Below are positions 17,818 to 26,640 of a stretch of 64,000 nt of DNA, in pieces; position 1 is the stretch's first letter; the number at the start of each line of letters is the position of its first letter. A program made the position numbers and the translations under genes. Below the pieces are notes generated by a model, which was given only the letters and a program-made list of their open reading frames with translations, ran no database searches and had not been told where the DNA came from. This DNA comes from an uncultured Planctomycetales bacterium (lineage in GTDB: Bacteria > Omnitrophota > Gorgyraeia > Zapsychrales > GWA2-47-8): NCBI GenBank assembly GCA_964364715.1, contig CAYING010000003.1, forward strand, positions 3,764 to 67,763, given 5' to 3'.

Positions 17818-19068
17818 TTATTGCCCACTCTTCTTTCGTGCATCCTCTTCAAGCTTTAACCGCTTATATTCCGCGTTCAACGCCAAAACCATGATCAAAA
17901 TGAAAATCCACAGAACAACCAGGCCGACCTTCCGCCACTTAAGCCCTTTGCGTTTACCGTCGATGCTGGCTTTAATTTCCTTGATCTTCACAGCGGATTG
18001 ATTATAAAGATCCGACAACTCATCATAGATCAATTTATGCTGCAGAGGCTGCATTTCCAAAACTTTTGATCTGACCTCCTCCAAAAGCGCTTCTTCCTCT
18101 TCGATAAAAAACCCTTCGATACCGGCCTGCTTAACGATTCCGCGGGTGTCCTTCAGTTCACTATCCGCTTTCTGCAGGATTTTCTTGATCGCCTGGCCTT
18201 GCTGGAACGCTTTGCTCTCCGGCGTATGGCATTTGACGCACGCCTGGTCATAAAGGGCAATGCTGACCGGCTGGACATCATGATTGCTGTGGCAGGAAAC
18301 ACATTCCGAAAATTTATCCCCCTCAGTGATCGAGGCATGGACGCTTTCCAAAAAACGGGCCTTCTCATTGATATGGCATTTACCGCACGTGGCGCCGACC
18401 TCTCTGAATCCAGGCGGAACCGCCCCGTGGCTGCCGTGACAGCTGGCGCAGTTGGCGGCCGAGGTATCGCCTTTTTCGAATAATGCTTTTCCGTGAACGC
18501 TGTTTTTGTATTTTTCGAATACATCCGACGGGAGGCCAAAGGAATGCATCAACTTTTCATTCCCGTGGCACTTGGCGCAGGTCTTAGGAAGATTGCCGGG
18601 ATAGACCGAACTGTTCGGGTCAGAGATCTTCAGGACTTCATGATATCCATGGCAATCACTGCAGACGGCAACTTTGGTATTACCCTCTTCCAAAAGTTTT
18701 TTGCCATGATGACTTGTCTTATATTGGGCGAGTTGATCGGTACGGGTCCCATAAAAATTCATGGTACTGACATCCGAATGACAATTGCCGCAGAGCTCCA
18801 TGGTCTGCTTTTTGTCCGGGATACCGATATAACCCGTTCCCGGGCCCTTGGCTAAGTCCTTGTCATCCTGGGCGGGATCACCGCCGTGGCATTTATTGCA
18901 GTAAATTCCCTGCTGAGAGTGAGCGCTCCCCTTGACCTCATCCCACATATCCGAATGACATGCAACGCAGGAATTCCCTCCAATTTCCTGCGAAAAAGTA
19001 AAATTGGCAAAGCTGAGAAATATAATTATTAGATAAATGATCTTCATAAATTTCCCTAAAAGGATCAA
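17818..19068 (-). CDS. Nonaheme cytochrome c with C-terminal transmembrane anchor (occupies the cytochrome c1 position)
   Basis: Nine CXXCH motifs. Signal peptide. C-terminal TM helix VGLVVLWIFILIMVLAL. Confidence 0.8.
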   Translation of the reverse strand: MILLGKFMKIIYLIIIFLSFANFTFSQEIGGNSCVACHSDMWDEVKGSAHSQQGIYCNKCHGGDPAQDDKDLAKGPGTGYIGIPDKKQTMELCGNCHSDVSTMNFYGTRTDQLAQYKTSHHGKKLLEEGNTKVAVCSDCHGYHEVLKISDPNSSVYPGNLPKTCAKCHGNEKLMHSFGLPSDVFEKYKNSVHGKALFEKGDTSAANCASCHGSHGAVPPGFREVGATCGKCHINEKARFLESVHASITEGDKFSECVSCHSNHDVQPVSIALYDQACVKCHTPESKAFQQGQAIKKILQKADSELKDTRGIVKQAGIEGFFIEEEEALLEEVRSKVLEMQPLQHKLIYDELSDLYNQSAVKIKEIKASIDGKRKGLKWRKVGLVVLWIFILIMVLALNAEYKRLKLEEDARKKSGQ

Positions 19069-19113
19069 AAAAGCAAATTCACAAGGCCTTCCTTAAAATA
19101 AAGACCTTTGGCT

Positions 19114-19896
19114 TCAAGCATAACTATGCAATGTTGAAAAAAACAAATTTACCCCAATGTAGGTAAAAAGAATAACTACAAACCCCAACATTGTTAAAAG
19201 AGCGGCATTAAGACCGCGTAAATTCCGTGTATGGCGCAAATGAAGACAGCCGGCATAGATCAACCACGTTGTTAATGCCCATATTTCTTTGGCATCCCAA
19301 TTCCAGAATCTTCCCCAGCTGATACTGGCCCATATAGAACCGCAGGCCAACCCCACCGTTAAGAAAGGGAACCCCCTGTCAAGCACTTGGAAAATCATCC
19401 CCTCAAGACTATCCAATAAAGCCTTATTATTACCGCGATAGCGCAAAATATTGATGATATAAACAAGGCTCAAACCAAAGGCTATCGCGAAACTGGCATA
19501 AGCAATAAGATAAGATCCCACATGAAAATAGAGCCAGCCGCTTCTCAATGACGGCATCAGCGGACGTATGGCATCATTAATAAAAAGGGAGAATACCAGC
19601 AAACACAACGCCACTACAATCCCCAGCAATTTGATCCAGCGGAACCCCAACCGGAACGCGGCATAAAAGCTCAACATCACAATCAGCCAGGCAAAAACGA
19701 TCAATGTTTCATACGTATCGGTTAATGGAAAACGCTGCGCTTCAATAGCTCGTTTGACAATCAAATAGCCGTGCAATCCCCACCCTGTCATCAAAAAAGA
19801 GCCTTCAATAACAGTAAAAAAATTTTCCCTAACCTTCCCGGCTATGAGGAAAAAAACCAGGGACAAAAAATAGAGGACAATGACTCCTATCATCAT
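19114..19896 (-). CDS. ccsA: Cytochrome c biogenesis protein CcsA (second, canonical-length copy)
   Basis: WWD motif WGRFWNWDAKEIWAL. Eight TM segments. Confidence 0.85.
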   Translation of the reverse strand: MMIGVIVLYFLSLVFFLIAGKVRENFFTVIEGSFLMTGWGLHGYLIVKRAIEAQRFPLTDTYETLIVFAWLIVMLSFYAAFRLGFRWIKLLGIVVALCLLVFSLFINDAIRPLMPSLRSGWLYFHVGSYLIAYASFAIAFGLSLVYIINILRYRGNNKALLDSLEGMIFQVLDRGFPFLTVGLACGSIWASISWGRFWNWDAKEIWALTTWLIYAGCLHLRHTRNLRGLNAALLTMLGFVVILFTYIGVNLFFSTLHSYA

Positions 19897-21236
19897 AACC
19901 CTTCCATCCTCCGCTCTATGTCCTTAACAATTTTTTGTATTTCCTTCTCAAAGGAAAATACATTTTTGCACTTCATGGCTCGAGCGCTAACATACGAGGT
20001 CATGTTTGAAATATCTTCTTTAACAGTGATAACCAAACCGCGATAAAACCGGTAACTGCTTAAAAAAGATCCGGCAACAAGCAAAATCAGCCCAAAATAT
20101 GTTATATACTCGCCGGGATTCTTCGCGTATTTTATGCCGGAGGTATACCGGGACTTAATGCCGTCCAGCATGAACCTCAATTTCTCCGGAGTCTCCGTGG
20201 ATCCTGTATGAGGCATCACTCCGCGGAAAACCCACTGCTCCCGAGCCGGCAAAGAAGAATTGGCCGGTGAATAAATCAAAAGATAACCGGCCGGATTCCT
20301 TAATATATGACTTCGGGTTGAAGGCTGGTTATTCTCATCGATAAAAAAATCCGGGATAAAATTTTTAACCTTTAAAGCGATATTCAACTCGGGAACAGCG
20401 ACCAGATTATCAACACCCATCGTCAAAATCTTAACCGGCTGACTTTCATTTTCACGGAAGATGGCAATGCGTAACTCGTCAATATCAAAACTAAATCTCT
20501 GCTGATAAAGCCTAACACCTTCGATTCTTAAGGGGCCATTGACTTTTAATGTGCGCCATTCTATGGGTTTTCCCGGACGGTTGATTCTTAAGCGGCTGGC
20601 ATAATCATCAGTTTTTTCTTTAGCGGCGCTTGGGATAACCGCGAATTTTTCCAGCGTTAATAAAGCGTCCGTCCCCTCCAACGGGATCGTTTCTCCTTCG
20701 CGAATGGAAAAATCATAAAACCTTCCGCCCCCGGCCGTAATTATGCCGGCTAACAACAATACCGCAACAGCCAGATGAACGATATGTGAACCGAAGATAT
20801 TAAATTTTGCTTTTTCATAAAAAAATCTCTCTTCGCCTTGGCCTGGCTCACAATAAGCCGTCTTACGATAACGCCATTGACTTAAGACCTGGTGAATATG
20901 CTCTGTGACAAGCTGTCTATTTTTTTTCTTAAAAGAAAAATTAAAAACTTCTTTCTCCGCTAACGAAGAGAAGAAATTGCGGAAGGATTCCTTATCTTGT
21001 ACAGAAGAAAATATTCTCTTATGGTATTGATAAAATTTGATGAGTCCCGGCCATCGTCTGACCGAACAATACCCCATCATCAAGACGATATAACACAAAT
21101 AGCCCAAAAACAAACGGTTTTGGAAAACCGCTCTGAAGGAAGGAGAAACGCCCAGCAGACTGATCAGTCCGAGAGAAAGGAGCAGGAAGATCGTTAAGGG
21201 GACAGATAGAAAGATCCTATCAAAAAATTTAAGCAT
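19893..21236 (-). CDS. ccsB: Cytochrome c biogenesis protein CcsB/ResB (second copy)
   Basis: ResB-like topology. 4-nt overlap with the downstream ccsA. Confidence 0.75.
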   Translation of the reverse strand: MLKFFDRIFLSVPLTIFLLLSLGLISLLGVSPSFRAVFQNRLFLGYLCYIVLMMGYCSVRRWPGLIKFYQYHKRIFSSVQDKESFRNFFSSLAEKEVFNFSFKKKNRQLVTEHIHQVLSQWRYRKTAYCEPGQGEERFFYEKAKFNIFGSHIVHLAVAVLLLAGIITAGGGRFYDFSIREGETIPLEGTDALLTLEKFAVIPSAAKEKTDDYASRLRINRPGKPIEWRTLKVNGPLRIEGVRLYQQRFSFDIDELRIAIFRENESQPVKILTMGVDNLVAVPELNIALKVKNFIPDFFIDENNQPSTRSHILRNPAGYLLIYSPANSSLPAREQWVFRGVMPHTGSTETPEKLRFMLDGIKSRYTSGIKYAKNPGEYITYFGLILLVAGSFLSSYRFYRGLVITVKEDISNMTSYVSARAMKCKNVFSFEKEIQKIVKDIERRMEGL

Positions 21237-21272
21237 CGAGTTACTATTAAACCATACTTTGTCCCCGATTAA

Positions 21273-23312
21273 TTAAAATTTTCTGTTATAAACGACTTCC
21301 GCGCCTACCCCATGATAATCATCAAAATCGTTATAACCGCCGTAGCCGACGGTCTTTGCATTAAAATTGTAGTATTCAAGACGGGCCGAAATGCTTGCAT
21401 CATCATTTAAACTATGGTTAGCGCTGAGCCAGAGTTTATCAAGGCTATTTCTGATCGTTCCATCAACTTCGTTATGTTGCAACCCAAAACCGGTTGACGT
21501 CTTATTCGTAAATCGATAACTTCCGCCGAGTAAGCCGACATAACGATTGACTTTATAATCAAAAGCCTTACCCCCCTGATAGAAGGTGGAATTGGTGGAA
21601 ATCCCCTCTCCGGGAGTATACAAACCCTGAAGTTCCCCCATCAGCATGAATGTAAGGGTAAATTTATCCGTTAAAAGACCCATCAAATTTCCTGAAATGG
21701 CATTGCGCATCATTTGCATGCCATTTTGACCTTGTTGACGTGCATACCCCAAGTCATTATCTTCATAAATATACTGCAGGCCGCCGTTCCATTTTTTAGT
21801 AATGCTGGCGTTGTAGCCTAAGGTGACTTGATCAATTGTCTGATCCGAACTCCCCATATAACCGGGATAGGATGCCGGCAAATTGTCCCTTACGTTTTCG
21901 TATTTTCTTCTTTTATCGGCATGTTTATACTTCGCCGTTACCTTTGATTTATCATTTAGCCTGGTTGAAAGTAGAAACGTATTAATAATATCGTTGTTCC
22001 GGATATTGGTTTCGCGGTCGATGGTCCTTTCTGCCCCTGTTACCGCATAGTCGCTAACCATTTCGTAACTGCTGATATCGGCCAGCTCGCTCCAATTCAA
22101 CTTTCTTTGTTCCAACTCCAGGGTATAAGACAGGTTGGTCTTTTTTATGCCGGTATAGGCCACAGAGAAAGTTTCCCCATACTGGTATTCCGACTGGTCG
22201 GACTCGGCTTTCCTCACCACAGTCCCCCCTCTAAACCCGTCTCCTTCAGCTTCCGTTTCCGCGTTCTCAAAACGCGTATTAAACCCGATACGGAGGTCTT
22301 TTATCAAACTATCTAAATTCACCAACCCCAAATTAAGGATATTGGCCTTCCGCTCATTACTTGTATCCGGGTTAATGAATTGATTCAAAGTGGTCCCGGA
22401 CGCGGCGACCCCGCCGGATATCGGCCGTAATTCCGTACGGGTCGTCCTGTTCTTTAAATCCTGAAAAAGATAGTTGGTCGCAAGATACGTCTTTTCAGAT
22501 AGAAAACTGTTATAGCTGGCATGCGTTAATGATTCCTGAAATTGCGGCTCATCGTAGTAGTTTCTTTGTTGGTTTAATGCCCCATTGGAATACCGCGAGG
22601 AAAGGATGGCCTGATCATCATGGTAAAGTTCGATCTGCTGTTTGAGGGCCACATTATGTTTTTCATTGATCTGCTTGGAGAGCTGAACAAAAGCCTTGTC
22701 GCTTACGCCATCGACATCCGCCGCGATCACACTGGAGCGCAGCGTGTTCAATCCGGTGAAAGCAACCTCCTCACCGCGCAACAATGTTTCCTGTCCATTA
22801 CGTGACCAGCGGGTATATCCGATGGTCACATCAGGAAGACTATCCAGTTTAATCCCGTATTCCACATCCGTATCAAACCGGTCCGTATAGGTATGATTAT
22901 CTTTCTTTTCAGCCGTTTCCCTTCCAAGCCCATAACTTGCCGGATCCCATGGTTCGTTGGAACCGTCATAATAGCGGCGGGTCAGCCGGGTATTCAGTTT
23001 AAGAAAATAAGAATCTTCTTTTGCTAAATCCAAATTCAATCCATAATCACCATCATAAAGAGCATGAGCTTCAATAGACAAAATGGCATCTTTAATATTG
23101 CCGCTCAGCATTAATTCCTCAAGCCCGCCGGAATAGTTATCGGTGACATAATTATCTTCCCTAAAGCGGCCCTCATCGCCGTCAATGACCATAAAACGGG
23201 AACCGATCTTGAAGGAATCCAAGGTCAAAGATGATTTTGCGTGGGCGACATCCCAAGACAAAAATACCGCCATACAAAGGAACAAATAGTGTAATATTAT
23301 TTTTCTATACAT
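21273..23312 (-). CDS. Outer-membrane beta-barrel protein (679 aa), candidate porin partner of the adjacent periplasmic multiheme cytochrome (MtrB/PioB-like role)
   Basis: Signal peptide. Alternating amphipathic beta-strand pattern throughout. C-terminal aromatic residue (…VVYNRKF). Lies immediately downstream of a periplasmic heptaheme cytochrome. Confidence 0.55.
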   Translation of the reverse strand: MYRKIILHYLFLCMAVFLSWDVAHAKSSLTLDSFKIGSRFMVIDGDEGRFREDNYVTDNYSGGLEELMLSGNIKDAILSIEAHALYDGDYGLNLDLAKEDSYFLKLNTRLTRRYYDGSNEPWDPASYGLGRETAEKKDNHTYTDRFDTDVEYGIKLDSLPDVTIGYTRWSRNGQETLLRGEEVAFTGLNTLRSSVIAADVDGVSDKAFVQLSKQINEKHNVALKQQIELYHDDQAILSSRYSNGALNQQRNYYDEPQFQESLTHASYNSFLSEKTYLATNYLFQDLKNRTTRTELRPISGGVAASGTTLNQFINPDTSNERKANILNLGLVNLDSLIKDLRIGFNTRFENAETEAEGDGFRGGTVVRKAESDQSEYQYGETFSVAYTGIKKTNLSYTLELEQRKLNWSELADISSYEMVSDYAVTGAERTIDRETNIRNNDIINTFLLSTRLNDKSKVTAKYKHADKRRKYENVRDNLPASYPGYMGSSDQTIDQVTLGYNASITKKWNGGLQYIYEDNDLGYARQQGQNGMQMMRNAISGNLMGLLTDKFTLTFMLMGELQGLYTPGEGISTNSTFYQGGKAFDYKVNRYVGLLGGSYRFTNKTSTGFGLQHNEVDGTIRNSLDKLWLSANHSLNDDASISARLEYYNFNAKTVGYGGYNDFDDYHGVGAEVVYNRKF

Positions 23313-23327
23313 GTTGCCCCCCTTCGT

Positions 23328-24149
23328 CTATCGATTAAGCGTTTTCCAAATATTTGAGCCATGCACGGCCCGGTGGTGGTCAATACATTCCTGACCCTTC
23401 CCAATATAATAATCTCCGCCTGATCCTGCTTTCGTACCATGCTGAATAGCGCCGATAGTGCCGGTTGACGTATTAAAAGAAGGTTCCCAGTGGCAACGCA
23501 GACACAAATTCGCCTGATCCGCGACCAGCATCTTATCGTAAACAGCGCCATGCGGGTTATGGCACGTCTGACATCCTTCACGCATAACGTCGTGTTCAAA
23601 CACAAACGGCCCCTTCATTTCCTTATGACATTTAAAGCACGATTGATCGGATTTCTGAAGAGAGACCGTATTCATCGTTTCAAGTTCCGTCCCATGAGGG
23701 TTGTGGCAGTCTGTACACTTCATGCGTCCCTCCACCACCGGATGATGGTACTGTAAAAGAAATTCTCCTTTTTTATCCATATGGCAACTGAAGCAATTCT
23801 CCGGATCATAGCGGACAATATCTTTTTTGCTTTGACTCTCCGCGTGTTTACTTCCCGCTCCGTGACAACTTTCACAACCTCCGCCCAAAACATCCTCCTT
23901 CTCCCCGAGAACTCGATAGTGAGAAGTTAAAGAAAACCGTTGAGCTTGTTCCTCATGACACGTGGCACAGGTCTCGGTGCCGACATACGTTGCCCCCTTG
24001 ATCGCCGGAGGCATAATCCCCTCACCCGAGAAAGAATTCTTCAAAAATACCGGGGCAAATAAAAACAAAGCGGTCAACAGACAAAGAGAAACTATTGCCA
24101 TCCGCTTGTGATGAGACCGCCCCGTTCCTGATTGAATCGTTTTGTCCAT
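23328..24149 (-). CDS. Periplasmic heptaheme cytochrome c (MtrA/DmsE-like electron shuttle candidate)
   Basis: Seven CXXCH motifs in 273 aa. N-terminal signal peptide. Confidence 0.8.
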   Translation of the reverse strand: MDKTIQSGTGRSHHKRMAIVSLCLLTALFLFAPVFLKNSFSGEGIMPPAIKGATYVGTETCATCHEEQAQRFSLTSHYRVLGEKEDVLGGGCESCHGAGSKHAESQSKKDIVRYDPENCFSCHMDKKGEFLLQYHHPVVEGRMKCTDCHNPHGTELETMNTVSLQKSDQSCFKCHKEMKGPFVFEHDVMREGCQTCHNPHGAVYDKMLVADQANLCLRCHWEPSFNTSTGTIGAIQHGTKAGSGGDYYIGKGQECIDHHRAVHGSNIWKTLNR

Positions 24150-24184
24150 ATTGACCCCCTTGTTCGCTTCCTATAAAAAGTTGC

Positions 24185-25222
24185 TTAGACTCCGACTTCC
24201 TCCATCGTGCTGATCTTTGCCAATTTCCCGTAAAATGCCGCGATCTTCTCTTGAATCATCGCTTCCACCTGCTTCACACATAACGAACGCTGCTGAACAC
24301 TCCCCTCAACGACCTTATCCAAATCATCGATCTCCTTTAAAATAACATTGGGGACATCCGCGACAGCCGGATCGATATTCCGCGGAATGGAAATATCGAT
24401 GCACAACAACTTTTTTTCACGGCAGGACATGATCTGCGCGATCAAATCCTTTTCAATCAGATAATGCGCACAGCTGGCCGAACAAATACACACATCCGCC
24501 TGTTCCAAGATTTCTTTGATCTGCCAGAACCCGGCGGCAACCCCGCCGTATTGCCGGGCTAGATCTTCGGCTTTTTCCTGGCTTCGGTTCATGACAAAAA
24601 TCTTTCCGATGCCCTTTTGCTGAAACTGACTGGCCGCCAATTTTCCCATCTTCCCGGCGCCCAGGATCAAAACGGATTTATCATTTAATTGACCCAAAAT
24701 ATTTTCCGCCATTTTTATGGCCGCCCAGCTGATCGAAGAACCGCCGGCATCGATCTCTGTTTCAGCCCTGGCCTTCTTCCCGATCCGGATGGCAAGGTTG
24801 GTCAGGATATTGAACTGTTTGCCCAGCATCCCTGCCGTGCGGCTCAATTCCGTCGCGACCTTCACCTGTCCCAAGATCTGTTTTTCGCCCAGGATAAGAG
24901 AATCCAGCCCGGTGGAAACAGAAAAAAGATGCCGAATGGCATCTTTCTCTTTTTTTACATAAAAATATTTCATAAGGTCATCGGAAAAATGGAGGTCCTT
25001 AATCTTAAAAAGCGACTTAACCAGAAGCGCCGGATCATCATCCAGAAGATGCGCGTAGATCTCAGTGCGGTTGCAGGTCGACAAGATCAGCGCTTCCACG
25101 ACCGAAGACTCGTTCTTTAAATGGGAAAGCAATAATTCTCTCTCAACGGTCCTCAAAAAGAATTTTTCTCTTATTTCAACCGGGCACTTTTTATGGCTGA
25201 CGCCGACAACGCACAGATGCAT
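24185..25222 (-). CDS. hemA: Glutamyl-tRNA reductase HemA
   Basis: Catalytic motif LSTCNRTEIY. NADPH-binding LILGAGKMGKLAA. Internal Met start (MHLCVVGVSHK) preferred over the track start at 25243. Confidence 0.85.
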   Translation of the reverse strand: MHLCVVGVSHKKCPVEIREKFFLRTVERELLLSHLKNESSVVEALILSTCNRTEIYAHLLDDDPALLVKSLFKIKDLHFSDDLMKYFYVKKEKDAIRHLFSVSTGLDSLILGEKQILGQVKVATELSRTAGMLGKQFNILTNLAIRIGKKARAETEIDAGGSSISWAAIKMAENILGQLNDKSVLILGAGKMGKLAASQFQQKGIGKIFVMNRSQEKAEDLARQYGGVAAGFWQIKEILEQADVCICSASCAHYLIEKDLIAQIMSCREKKLLCIDISIPRNIDPAVADVPNVILKEIDDLDKVVEGSVQQRSLCVKQVEAMIQEKIAAFYGKLAKISTMEEVGV

Positions 25223-25249
25223 TCTTCCCTCTCCTAGGTTCAATTAGGT

Positions 25250-25771
25250 TCAATGGTGAACGCTTAACTTCGAAATCAGGACATCCTGCTCTTCCGCCTT
25301 CAACCGGCGCATCATCTTGTAAATATTCTGCCCCTCGACTTGCAGATGATTGCGGACCAAACACACCAGATAGATCCCGTGGTCCCTCAATTTGGCGGCC
25401 AATTTTTGCTCTCCGGTGTCGGTCTTGGCCTTCTCAGCTTTTAAAAATAGCACTTCCAGCGCCTTAAATTCTTCTCTGATCTCAGCATGTTCCCCCTTAA
25501 AATACTCGAGAATCGGCTCATACTTAGGGATATGCTTTTGAAAAAACGGGAAAAGTTTATCGTCGTCAAACTTCATATGCGGGAAGAGATCCTTCTTTAT
25601 CGACCGTACGCTGCGGAATACATTCCGGATATTGCGCCGCACAAAGATCTTCCCTTCGTATTGAAGGTTGTTGAGCGCTGCGTAAAGTTTATTGACCTCT
25701 TTAAGCATTTCGGAATGTTCCGACTCTAAGCCCTGGATGGCTTTTTCTATCCTTGGATTCCGGCTGACCAT
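25250..25771 (-). CDS. Hemerythrin-like (HHE cation-binding domain) protein, paralog 1
   Basis: Four His/carboxylate helix motifs (ESEHSEM, HMKFDDDKLFP, GEHAEIREEF, RNHLQVEG). Paralogous to 59929..60567. Confidence 0.5.
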   Translation of the reverse strand: MVSRNPRIEKAIQGLESEHSEMLKEVNKLYAALNNLQYEGKIFVRRNIRNVFRSVRSIKKDLFPHMKFDDDKLFPFFQKHIPKYEPILEYFKGEHAEIREEFKALEVLFLKAEKAKTDTGEQKLAAKLRDHGIYLVCLVRNHLQVEGQNIYKMMRRLKAEEQDVLISKLSVHH

Positions 25772-25814
25772 AGAATTCTTTTAATTTTATTCTACTCAAA
25801 CCGGAGCTTTTGTC

Positions 25815-25830
25815 TGTGACTGCGGTCACA
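25815..25830. promoter_or_regulatory. Perfect CRP-type palindrome TGTGAC-N4-GTCACA between the Crp/Fnr gene and the hemerythrin-like gene
   Basis: tgtgactgcggtcaca, centred about 52 nt upstream of the ATG at 25771. It matches the TGTGA-N6-TCACA architecture. Confidence 0.5.
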
Positions 25831-25840
25831 AAGGCCTTAA

Positions 25841-26506
25841 CTATTTCAAAAGCTGTTTTTCCAGCGCCTCTTTATCGCATATAAGGATGCGCGGGGGCTT
25901 CAGGTCTACCAATGCCTTATCTTTAAGTTTTTTAAGATGCCGGGTGACTGTTTCACGAACCAAACCCAACCTTTGAGCGATCTCTTCGTGGGTAAATGAA
26001 ATACCGGGAACTGACTCGCTCATATTGAGCAGGAATTTGATCAAGCGTTTTTCCGGGGCATCCAAGGACACCTCTTCCACCAAAGAACTCATCCGGCATA
26101 AACGCTGGGCAAAAATGCGGGTTAAGGCTTGAGCCAGTGTGGAATTGCTTTTGACCATTTGCACATATTGGCTGCGGCTCACGATCCCCAGCTCGCAATC
26201 CGACATCGCCTGGGCCGATGAAGAACAGCTCCACTGCGTCGCGCCGGGGTTGCAGGCGCAGGTATCGCCGGACCCGAGGATCTCCAGGATCTGTTCCCGG
26301 CCATTGAGAGAAGTCCGGAATATTTTGACCCGCCCGGATAAGACAAAAAATATCTCCCGGCAGGATTCTCCGGCGGTCGAAATGACCTTATTTTTTTCAA
26401 AAATTTTTCGGATAATAGTGGGGGCGATCGCCTGCTTTTCCTTGAGCGACAAGTCGCGGAACAGTGATATGTTTTGGATCATATCTGGAGTAATGCGTGA
26501 CGACAT
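25841..26506 (-). CDS. Crp/Fnr-family transcriptional regulator with an internal Cys cluster, paralog 1
   Basis: cNMP-binding beta-roll plus C-terminal HTH (EIAQRLGLVRETVTRHLKKL). Conserved motif GDTCACNPG..WSCSSSAQA..DC. Start chosen by alignment with the paralog at 60718..61419. Confidence 0.85.
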   Translation of the reverse strand: MSSRITPDMIQNISLFRDLSLKEKQAIAPTIIRKIFEKNKVISTAGESCREIFFVLSGRVKIFRTSLNGREQILEILGSGDTCACNPGATQWSCSSSAQAMSDCELGIVSRSQYVQMVKSNSTLAQALTRIFAQRLCRMSSLVEEVSLDAPEKRLIKFLLNMSESVPGISFTHEEIAQRLGLVRETVTRHLKKLKDKALVDLKPPRILICDKEALEKQLLK

Positions 26507-26640
26507 TATTATGCAGTCCTCATTTAATATATATCTTACTGTATTCCTTTTTAATGGCAAATGAATTGAGAACTAATTTAAATCCTCTTCTGCTGCACTG
26601 GAACTTGAATACGCCAAACCACAGGAATATTATTAATCTA

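Noticed and set aside
23297-23605. 102-aa minus-strand ORF overlapping the 3' end of the heptaheme cytochrome gene and the start of the barrel gene
   Set aside because: Out-of-frame overlap with two strongly supported genes. Arg-rich low-complexity translation.
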